This document shows positions 49,101-60,026 of a DNA stretch of 64,000 nt, piece after piece. Under the pieces are notes generated by a model. That model was given only the letters and a program-made list of their open reading frames with translations, had not been told where the DNA came from and made no database searches. The DNA comes from Klebsormidium nitens (lineage: Eukaryota > Plantae > Klebsormidiophyceae): NCBI GenBank assembly GCA_000708835.1, contig DF236969.1, positions 186,001 through 250,000 on the forward strand, written 5' to 3'. A program made the position numbers and the translations under genes. The first letter of the stretch is position 1. The number at the start of each line of letters is the position of its first letter.

Positions 49101-51612
49101 AATCATGCCGCTCGCGACTGGCATCACAAAAAACGATGTTGTTGAAACAGGACAATGGTCATCCTGCACCATTGTCATGTTATTGCCAGATGTGCGTGCG
49201 AAAGACTTCCTCACATGCATAAGAGCTCTCACCTTCTTCACTGGTTCCTCTTCAGCTTCCTCTGCCTCACCCTTCTGACCTGCCTTCCTCTTCTGAAACC
49301 CTGCAGAAGAACGACAAGGTATCTTTTCTCCTTCACTTACAGCAACCAGTTCATTATTGTGGATCATCACAGAGATTTGTTCAAGGATCACTGGGAATGG
49401 GGGCTGAAAAACCTCCCGAGGAGCACTTCTTCTTTCAGATGATAGGACAAGAGACAGATCAAACTTGCGCAACCACATCATTCAGAAGCTTGACTGCTTG
49501 TAATGCTCCTGTTTCTACACGATGGATTGCCTGACCAAGCATGTAGTCATTAGAAGAGGTACCGCACGACCTCAAGATGCAATTCAGAACTCACCAACCC
49601 ATGGATCTTTTGGTACTGGGTCGAAGCGCACACCCAGGGGAGGTCCATCTTGTCGGATGCCACCCTCAATGTTCCTCTCTACTAGAGCAATCGCTGCGAC
49701 CACCCTCCCACTCCTCCCTGCCTCTGCTGCAGTTGCTGCAGTCATCACAGCAGACTTGACAGCAGTCGCTTTTGGCCCCGGCTTCTTCCTCTCAGGTTTG
49801 TCGGGGGGAGGGCCCATGCTTGCGAAAGGAGCAGCACGCCCCTCGGTATCATTAGTCAGAAAGCGCTCCCGTTCTTTGAGGGCCTCCCGTCTGCTATCCA
49901 GCAAAGCGAGCTCAGCTTCAAGGGCCGCTTTTGAAGTTGGCCCGGATTGGGAGATGCCTGTGCCTCCAAGGTCGTTATTGCCTGCAAAAACCGGCATCCA
50001 AGATTGTATGAAGTTCTTGACTTCATTCTGCATCTGATGATTCATTCACGAGTAAGGGGGCACCCTGGTAAAGCCAGAGCAAACTTGCAATGTCCCCTAC
50101 AGACCCAGTTTGCAATTGTGAACCGCCATTCACAGCCTTACCATTCTGTCGTCGATCTGAGAATTTGGAACTGATACCTGCTTGCCTTAGTGGACCAAGT
50201 GATCTGTCCGATTGGTTTGTTCAGAGGCCGCAAAAATGGTAGGAACACTTTCAATACCGGTTTCGAGGCTGAGAATACTCGCCAGCTTGCCCTTTGCAAA
50301 TAAATTGATATAATCCTTGCTGAAACTCGTGCACTCTCACGATGGATGCCCATTCCAGTACATTGACATCCTTACCTGACAATCTCTTCTTTCCAGACAT
50401 GCTTGATCGTGGGGCATCATCTTCTGGCGACTTTGCCGCCCCTCGCCTCAACCCAATGGGAGCATCTTCACCCTCGCTATCATCTGCATAGAGAGCAAAG
50501 CCTTGTCAATTGCGGCAGTGTCTTCAGCAGCAGTGTCTCAAAAACGACCAGCCGCTTCACAGAACATGAAGCGCCCTGAGCATGTAAAGCACCAACACAT
50601 TCATCAACAGAAAATCTGCAACTAAATCATCCTGACTGTAAGACATCAATATCAAGCATAGAGCAATAGCAATGTACCATCACGTGAATGAGCATCAGGG
50701 CTCTGAAGGTGAGGTGCGTGGACCAAGGAGCCCCACCTTCTGGTGAATCTTGCTGAAAGCCTGCTGCATTTGCGGCTGCTTCAGGCCCTGGTTCTCGGTC
50801 AAGAGTAGCCCGAGTGATGCCCAGCCTTTGTCTCTTGTGTCCAAACCACATTTGGATCTGAGAGTTTGTCAATCCTATGTCTTCGCTCAGGGCAGTGCAT
50901 TGCTCCTGGCTTAGGTACTTGCTCTCTGCATGGAAAACGAACAGAATGTACAGAATTGCTTCTAGGGCATTATCTTTGACATGCCATCACTAAGCAAGAA
51001 CTCCCAAGGGACAATCTGCAAGACATGTCGCTTCGTGAATGACTGCCGAGCTCAAAACAACAGTGCACAAGCGTCCACAAAGGGCGAATCGGCAATATGA
51101 AGCTAACACTTGAGATACAAAGCCGTCCAACGAGTGCAACGGTTTCTTCCGGCTAGAGTAGCCAAGCAAGTCAGATGATTCCTCCACAATGCAAAGAAGA
51201 CGGCTGCAAATACACTGCTGACCTTACTTAAAGCATTCATTCATCATGAGGTTGAGGACCAGATCAATTGATGTAGGACATTGTCGTAATGATCCTGCTT
51301 TACGGCAGAAAGCTGAACAGGTCCCCACTACGATGGCATCATGCACTCCGAGAAACATGCTAGATACTTTCACCTTCAGTGGCAAGTTTCAACGGAGACC
51401 CGGCAGACAACTTCAAAAGGTCTGTGTAAGCACAGAACAGCTTGTGGAGGCTCACCGTCAAAAGCCCGTTCAAGGCACTCCATTTGAGCAGCTGTCTTCC
51501 GCTGCTTGGTGGCTTTCTTGGGCTTGCCCTCAACGGCCATTGGCCTGTCATCTTCACCGTCCATTTCCTGAGCTTGAGGCATGCCTTCAAAGTCGCCATC
51601 AGCTTGGTCCAT
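40108..51612 (-). CDS. RLT: Homeobox-DDT domain protein (RINGLET/RLT-like ISWI partner), about 15 exons
   Basis: Exons 51612-51456, 50925-50737, 50483-50376, 49981-49595, 49301-49215, 49031-48687, 48394-48206, 47923-47834, 47505-47341, 46960-46079, 45793-45617, 45250-42470, 42027-41818, 41377-40817, 40715-40108. Domains: homeodomain (RKTAAQMECLE...QIQMWFGHKR), GPPLGVRFDP, DDT (GNLLMAWSFVTSFSEQLGLWPFT), HARE-HTH (LTVGTVKYAVFHVLSEAG), WHIM1 (DYSSLSVAERLEAL), WSD (GRDRRHNRYF...LDARGRREAAL), LPWLPRTTAAVALRL. The last junction is uncertain. Confidence 0.92.
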
Positions 51613-52615
51613 GGCTGCTGACCTCATTTTCTTCACTTAGTCGTTAAGCAGATCCTCCATAGAAGCCATTGATGAAGAGCTGATGTGGTGTAGATATCGT
51701 TCGTCTGTAATTTTCCAACCTTGCATCATATATTGGCCATGAAAGATCTGTGATGTTTCCACAGAAACGTCTGAAAACGAGCAAAATGCACATATAAACC
51801 TGTACTAAGCCAGCAAAGTACCAGTTTAAAGAAGCAGAAGAGACTGGACATACGAGGTGTTTCTGCCACTGACAAATCGAAGCAGAGGATGCTGCTTCGA
51901 ACCAGCAGAAGTCGAGGTGATGACCTTCTCGATAAGCAGGGTGAAAGATGCTCGAGAGATTCTTGGTTTCTCTACACAAGGACGATGTCAGGTTGGGTTC
52001 AATTTTACAAGAAGATAGGGTTTCGAGCAGAAGACGACCCATCTTCGCTGTGCTTTTTGCACGCCACCTCAGCCGAGTTGGCAAACTTTGCTGAAAAGCT
52101 TTTCACAAAATCTCACAAAAATCTGATGCATTCTCAGAATGCGTCTGCAAAGCGCAGCTTCTGGAGCTTGGCCAATCAGAATGCAGCTTTGAGCGAGAGC
52201 TCTGTGCATGATGACTCAAGCCCCGATCCCAACCTTTTCTACCAGGTAAAGCTATCCCATAACCGGCCACTTTAGAGAAGGGAATCAAGCAGAAAGGTAC
52301 CCGGTAAATTGATTGCCCGACCTTCGAGCAGTCAGCCGACACAGATGCGCATTTGCCTCTTTGCACGACACTTGTACGTACAGATCCCCTGATTTTCAGG
52401 CCCGCTTTGCTGGGTACATTATAAGCGCCCAAAAATTGCAATTTCGGAAATTCGTTTTCAGCTTCGTATATGATGGATCGCTGTTGACATCGAAATCAAG
52501 CCAGGGACGATTTCTAGTTCACACTCTCTCTCTCTTTCTAGCTGAAGCTGCGAAGCTGATCTGCAGGTTGTGGGGGTCATTCTAGTGGTGGTGCAGCAAT
52601 AGAGCCTCCTTTCAG

Positions 52616-54732
52616 ATGGCATCTTTGGGTTTTTTGCGACCAGAGGGCCGTCCATTTTATGGCATAGATGCTCCCCGCGAGCTGGCCTTTCTATGCTGCC
52701 TTGCCAGTGCCTGTTTCATCGTTGTGTGCGTTCTCTCCATCCTTCCAAGAAGACATGAGAAACTTCAGAAAACTTTGACAGAGAGTCGTCGTTACAATAA
52801 GTTATACTTCGATCTCCTACGACCGCTCTTTATCGTGGGACTTCTTTACTTTGGGGGCTGCTGTGCGCACTATGTTTACTCAAGCCTGGAGTTGAAATAT
52901 TCAGTGGCAGAGAGAATGGTGTCCATGGCGAATTGGAGCCAGACCCGTTCAGTGCTCGATGTGGGCTGCGGTCGGGGCCTGCTTATGAACACTTTCGCTT
53001 TGGCCTTGAAAAACGTGAGTTTGTCTCTTGCAAATGTGTGTTTCGGTACCACAATGGCGCCCAATCTGTCTGCAGGTCTGGGTAAACCATTTCAGCAAGC
53101 TTCACTCAATTCTGTCTGCTCCACGCAAAATTCTTTCATGATCTGTTGCTTGATGGGTTAAGTGTTGTCCAAGGGCGTGGGCATTTACTATCTACTGTGG
53201 AAGAGATTGATCTGGTCGATTCATTCTTACATTAGTTTTTTGGCCCAGATCTAATGGTCCCCGGCTCTTTCTCTGCTGATGAAAAAATGAAGCATCTTCT
53301 CTGTCATACTTCTCAGCGTGACGCAATGCCTCTGGAAGCCTCCATTCCTGATTCTTGTATTGTCATTCTAGATGATCAAGGTTCGTTCATGCAGAGTCGG
53401 ATAGAGCCCGTTGAACCCTCCGCTGACTCCATTCTTTCTCCTCATATCCCCCTTATTTCAGTGGTATCAAGCATCAAACAGGTGCAGACTGATAGCTCTC
53501 AACCCTTTCAGGAGGGCATCGACGGCCACGTGACAGGTGTCGATGTGTGGGACGCCAAAGATCAGAGCCAAAGCAGTGCAGTCGCTGCCCTCGACAATGC
53601 TCGCAAGGAGGGCGTCCGCGAGTACGTTGAGGTTCGGACGGCGGACGCTAGGGAGCTGCCCTTTCCGGACGCCTCGTTCGACCTGGTCGTGTCCTCGATG
53701 TGCATCCACAACATTGAAGAAGGATCGGGGAGGTAAGCAATCTCTTGCGAATGGCGAGGTTTTCTCAAGTCGTTCTGATGCCTTATACTGTGCTTGTGCT
53801 CCAGGGAGTCACCCTGTGCTTTTGTAAGAAGCTGAGCTGATCCAGAAGGGGAGCCCTTGTCTGCCAGCGGCGGGTCGTTTGACCACCCGTTTCTACCTGA
53901 TGCTTTGCTCTTCATTGCAAGCCCTGAACGCGTGGGAGTCGTGGGTTCTTCCATGAGATCATATGGTGGACTAGCGATATCAGAGCAACTCCACCAGCAC
54001 AGACAGAAACGCCTTTAAACAAAGAGAAATGTTCTGGTCATATCCAGATAAGTTTTGGATTGTTCAACCGTCTTACGAAAGTTGACCGAGAGTGCACTTG
54101 TCCAAATCGACAAAAACTTTCTGATGTGTCATGCGTCCTTCTTGCGTCCAAGGTCTTTCCAGAGGTCTGCCGTGTTAGCGAGTCCTTCGGATTGGCATAT
54201 TTACTGGCGAAGGTGATGAGCTGTGATTCTGCGTCCAGCTATGTCAACTGTCAGTAAAAGCTTTGTGGTTTCGTCTGGTCTGGCATGGGCAAATTGCTGC
54301 CACTCAATTTGTTTCGGCAAGAGCACATGTTGCGGAAAGAAGCCCGCAGCTATACGTCAAAAGACTGATGCCATTCAGAGTAGTCGAGTCCTTTTCCAAC
54401 TCGGTTGCGGTTGCTTCTTTTCCATCTATTTCATTGGATCTGCTTGTCTCATTTGTCGAAGTGTATTCGTTCGCAGATACAAGCCAAAGGCTTATGGAGA
54501 GCGGAGAAAAGCACTGGACGAGATGCTTCGAGTGCTCAAACCTGGCGGACAGTTGATTATATGGGACGGTTATCATGCACGTGAGTATCACAAATATCTT
54601 AGAATTAAGCTAAGTCCCCTCCGTAATGGGGCGCAAGTATGGATCTCGGAAGATCTTTGGGCTTATGCCGTGAAAACCCAAATCGTATCCGCTTTGAAGC
54701 ACCGAGATGATGGACAGAGTCTTATTACCTAG
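52616..54732 (+). CDS. Membrane-anchored class I SAM-dependent methyltransferase (type 11-like), 3 exons
   Basis: Exons 52616-53014, 53512-53732, 54477-54732 join in phase. Two N-terminal hydrophobic segments; motif I VLDVGCGRG; VTGVD; TADARELPFPDASFDLVVS; EMLRVLKPGG. Confidence 0.9.
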
Positions 54733-54814
54733 GATAGACAAGGTATAGCTGGCACTGTACAAACAGTAGGATGCAGATGATTAGGAGGGGCCAACTGTTG
54801 CAGTAGGCTTCAGA

Positions 54815-54875
54815 ACAACATGGTAAAGACGTGGGTTCATAGACAACATGGTAAAGACGTGGGCTCGTGACAACA
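54815..54875. repeat. 21-bp direct repeat with a 28-bp period
   Basis: ACAACATGGTAAAGACGTGGG at 54815-54835 and 54843-54863, plus a partial ACAACA at 54870. Confidence 0.9.
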
Positions 54876-55570
54876 ATTATTCCAGACTTCGGAAACCCAA
54901 AGCACTTCAGAACAAGTGACCTATATAATGGTATTTCTGTACAGTTTTATTTTTACGGTAATGTCAGCCTGTCTACGAGCCGCGCCTTGCAACTTTGACC
55001 ACTTTCGAGCAGATGTACTGCTGGCAGTGGATTGACGATATCTCTATACTAAGCTGTCGACTGGGAGCTATGACTCGATTGAGCTTTCTTCGCAGAGGCG
55101 TGCATAACGTAGAGGGCTGTCCAATGCACTTGCAATTCAATTCTGTTTGAGCCGCAATGACTGAGTCATACATGCCAGCCTCCGAGCTAGATGGTGACCG
55201 GGTAATGGTAATGTGCCTCGAACCTTAGTGTAAACATTGAAAGTGTCACTATGTTTGTACGTACATGTGGCTGGCACCTTCCTCGTTGAAAAAGTTTGGA
55301 CTTAAGTGTCACAAGCTCGAATGCAGGGGTAGTAATCGGCAGGCTGACTGCATCAAGTATGTGTCATGTTGAGAATGTCGCGGATATATGGTACTCATAC
55401 TAAATTAACCGGACAATTTAATTCAGCATGCAATTGGACATACCACCTTGATAATGAATATACAGCGACGGAGATCAACATGTTATAGTCATGGTCAGAT
55501 GAGCTCGCTCCAAGTACAAGCGTCTATCAATTCAATGATGCACATGCACATATGCAGGCTCACAGCTACT

Positions 55571-55597
55571 AGCATGAAGCCTACTAGGCTTCATGCT
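55571..55597. repeat. Perfect 13-bp inverted repeat with a 1-nt spacer
   Basis: AGCATGAAGCCTA-C-TAGGCTTCATGCT; the arms are exact reverse complements. Confidence 0.95.
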
Positions 55598-55956
55598 GAC
55601 GATCTGGTTATGCGGGAAAAAACTGACACACCTTAACATATTTCGATCCGATCAGGATGAATGGTGCAATCAATCCGCTAGCGTTGGAACCTTCGTTCGA
55701 ACATGGACTTACGAGAGTGCAATTGAATAGGTACATGAGCGGAGATTTGTCCTACTTGACTTCCATCTGTCCACCTTTGTTGACTGCTGGCTGCCAGCAG
55801 CCTTGATATCGCCGTTCAAAAGGCATGTCAAACACTTCTCGGGTTCATGCGACAAGAACTTTGCTAAATTTCGTACAAAGGAAACAGGCCGCGCCTTATT
55901 CTATGTAAATTGGTTGGCCCAACTATGATTCCGTCATAAGCAAACGCGCGCTCACA

Positions 55957-58900
55957 CTACCTTATCTTCGTCATCTTCAACTCAAGAGGCAAGAGCTTAT
56001 TCCGCTCTCGTGCTACCTTTCCCCACTTTCTCAACAACAGGAATGCGAGCACCGTGCCTTGACTGACCTTCTCCTTGATCATCAGCATGAGGGCAGCCGA
56101 GAGTACCGTTTTGAAGATCTGAGCCTGCAATGGAGTTAATACTCACGTAAGCCAGAGCCATGTCCCAAGAACTTGCACAAAGAATTTTCCCTGCGGACTA
56201 AACGAAAGTGCTTGTGGGGTTACCAAGAAAACATGCCAAGAAAGTCTACGCCCTTGTCTGAAAGGCAGCTTGATTGCAGCCATCACAAGCCAACGAACTC
56301 ACAAGCCTTCTTTGTTGCAAACATACTAATCACCAGCAATCTGCAGTATATTCCTCTCATTACCTATGACCCAGTTCATGGACAAGCGTCACCGATGGCT
56401 TCGACTTTGAGGCAACGCCCTTGTACGCATGATCGGACCGCGAGACTCACGTTCATGCCTTTGTACAACCCTTTGAAGCCCCCCTCGTCCACGGCCCTCC
56501 TCATTGCGTCCAGCATGTTTCGGGGGTGACCGCCTTCTTCATCCTTGTCAGCCTGCAAAGCACAAGACATTTGTAGCTATTTTCACTTGCGTAGGCAATC
56601 GGACATCTTTTCCTGTGAAACACATCTCGTAAAGCCTTTTCTGTTGATCTTTTTGAAAAATTGAACATATGCTACTCGAGTGCACGTCAGATTGTAGAAT
56701 TTTACGAGCCGCTTGAACTCGTCAGAACTAGATGTTTAGAAACGCTCAACAAACTGCAGCAAAATTCTCCGAGTAACGAATCCTCTCATGCTCGACTGCA
56801 CGTCAAAATGTATACATTTACGGCTTAGGTACGACTAAGTGTCAAGAAACGCTCAACGTAGTGCAAGAAGGCTCAGCAACGGACTATTATATTTGCATGC
56901 TGCTGGAAGTCAGATATATCCTACTGCCAGGCCCAAGGAAGCTTTCTCGCCATCTACAAGTTCCAACGCAGACCTATATCAACCTGATACAGGCCTGCAA
57001 AGATCTGACACGGTTTTGCAAAACACTCAATTCAGCACGAAATACCTTACAAGAATACAGAATTTTTCTGAACGGCGGAACGAACATACGAGAGGTAAGA
57101 AACAAGCTCACCTGCAACATGACCTTCGCTCTGATTGCCGGGTACGTCACAACCGTAGCCACAGTCTTGGACAGGGCCCCAATGACGAACGCCATTGCCG
57201 CAGTCAGTGCAGGGGCCGGAAGCTCGTCCCTCCTTGTCCAGGCCTCTCCCTTTGCTGCTTTCGACTCCATCGCCGCTGTTCTGCTCGCGTCATACAGCCT
57301 GGTTTCGACTGCGAGGACAGCGTTCCTCAGCTGCTCGAAGACGGTGTACTGCAGACAAGGCCGGGAAGAGGCAACTCAGGTGCGAACGTCAGGCTGAGAA
57401 AATTCCACAATGTGTCAAGCGAACAAACGAACAAGATGAGAGGTAACTTGCTGAAGTGTCCCCGATGTTGCAATATGCTCAGAGCAATGTTTGGATGTCA
57501 ACAACACAAGAACGACAATGCGACGAGAAGACAATACAATTGCATGCATAAGCAGACAATAGCCTGCCTACATTGCCTTCAACATGTTAGAAGAAGCTTC
57601 TTAGCCTTGGATATGTAGAAAATCTGCATTTGACCAAAAGCTGTCCTCAAAGCTCTGAAGCGAAGCGTTCCGCATTGATGCAAGTAACACAGCTGTGGAA
57701 CCAAAAGTACTCCCCAACAAGCAGTCCAATGAACACACGTCATAGAGAACAGTTGTTCTCTTCTAGTTGATCAGATGCAACTCTCCTGCTTGACCCAAAA
57801 AATTCAACGTCAGAGTAAGATGCCTGATGGATCAGGCCAAATATTGTGAAAGAATAAGTGCGCACCTGGATAGCTGGATTGGATGTCAGAATCAAGCTGG
57901 CACCGAGCCCATCGTAAGCCTCTCCTAGGGACTGCTTGGTCAACGTGGTCCAAAAGCCCCTGACTTTTCCTGCTTCCATAGTCTGCATCCTAGATGACGC
58001 AGTATCCAGAGGCTGCAAACACCACGGATAGGCGTCACAAGGTGCTTCTTGACAGCTTCCTGAGTAAGTTGCAAGTAGAATGAGATCATGTACATACTTA
58101 TCTCCGTTCTTACTGGGGTGCTATCATTATGCAATTTCTGTCTCGCATGGCCAGTGTTGCCCTGTTCCATTGGCGTCAAGCTGGATGTCCCAGACTCCGT
58201 GACCTGACATAGTTACTTACTTGTATGACGATGGAGTTGATCGCCCCAGCTGCAGCTGCAATCAGAAGGTTTGCTCCCATCCCCATACGCTTGATTCCAG
58301 TCCGCTTTATGTACCAATCCTTCAGGTACTGGTATGAATAGAAGTATACGAAGCCCGCCAACACGCTCTGGAAGTTCTTTGTACCTAAGCCCTGAAAGAG
58401 CAGGTTGACCATCAGTGAGGAGAAGAAAAAGACAGCTGCAGAATCATGCAACGACAACCAACCGATATCCAATATTCAACCACGAAATGCTCAGAAAGGA
58501 AGGCCCCCAACAGTGGGAGAATGCACCAGATCGCCATTAGCACCTTTGAATGCTGACAAATTGCACCACCATTGGTAGCTCCAAGCTTTGGAGGCACAAC
58601 TTTCTCCGTGCAGAAAAGAACTGAAAAGATAAACGAAAAAGAAGCTAACAAGAGGATTGACAAGATATAACAAAGGAAGCTCACGTGCCTGGTAAAGTGA
58701 GCCAAGCTGTTTGTTTCTCAATGCCTGATGGAAAACATCAAGAGTAGAGGTGTAGCGTTTGTGTACACCTTGCCGGTTATCTGCCTGCATGTAAGAGAAG
58801 GTGATTTCAGAAGATGCCTCTTGCAAGGCGTAGAGCAACTGATGACCAGATTGTAGGCATTGAAAGAACAAGGACCAACTTATGCATTTCATCATGCAGT

Positions 58901-59048
58901 AAGAAAATTTCCTATACTATCCATCAAGATATCTTACCTGATACCTCGTTTTGCATGTATCAAGGGGGTACAGGAGTGTGGTGCTCAGCAAGCTCCCTAC
59001 TGCACCAGCTGTTGCCTCCTGCAGAGCCTTAGAATCAAAGTTCGCCAT
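55957..59048 (-). CDS. PNC: Peroxisomal adenine nucleotide carrier (mitochondrial carrier family), 7 exons
   Basis: Exons 59048-58938, 58784-58689, 58391-58221, 58012-57866, 57346-57112, 56552-56451, 56124-55957. Colinear with plant PNC1/2: [104 protein letters not shown]. Confidence 0.95.
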
Positions 59049-60026
59049 GCTGCTCTGACCAAAGGACTTTCCCTGCGCCCAAGTTGTAAAGACTGTCTAT
59101 ATGCGTGAGTAGTGGCTCTTCTTGATACCTATCAGTCTTGAAAATCTCCTGCACAATCTACAAGTACGGTATTTCACCTTGTTGCAAACTTTACAGCTTT
59201 CCTGAGCAATTGCGACCCAATTGCCAGGCTGTAACCTGAAGCAGCTGACAAGCTGGGTTGAGCAGCGCCCTTGTAGCAAAACTTAGGCTGACCCTCTATT
59301 CCGTAAGTTGAGTATCCCGTCAACAAAATTCAGCTCTTCTCCATCAGCCCTTCTTCAGCAAGAAAGAACATGCTGAGGATCTGCAAATAAAGCAGCCAAC
59401 AGCTGCCTTCAGCAACCCGTGAAAACGTCCCTGAACTCCAACACCTTCACCAACATGAAAACGTCTCTGGCGCTATGCCCGCACCTCGATCCAGCTCTAA
59501 CTTTAAGCTGCTGCTGTGCTGGCTCCCGCATGCGGAGCGTTTGCGCCAGCTGAGCAGGTCAGCTGTGCTGTAAAACACAGATCAGCTGAGCAACTTGGCG
59601 CGCTACCACCTACCTAATAAAGCTTCCTTCCTCCTTCTCTTGAGTACGAGCCGCCTTCTCCAACATCAGTTTGACACCAATATTGCTTTGAAGGATAATA
59701 TGAACCCTGATCTGCAATAGAGTGTCACTGCATTTGTTGTAGAATCGGTGATGGGGTGGCCGGTCAGGTGCCTAGTCAGCATATCCAGTTGGCTTCCGCA
59801 AACACGTGTCGCTCGAAAAGGAATCTGCACGAAAAGTGCATCTCGCCAAGCTAGTTACACAGCACTTTTCATGGTGGCTGACCAGTGACAGTGAAAGCGC
59901 GCCGAATTCATGGTGGATGGTGGCAGAGCCCAACATCTGGGTGCGGTGCAGCATTCGTTTGCTTTGGCAGCCCTTCCTTTAGCATGAAGTAAGGTACCTG
60001 GTAGAAGAGAGGTGCGCGCCACCCGA

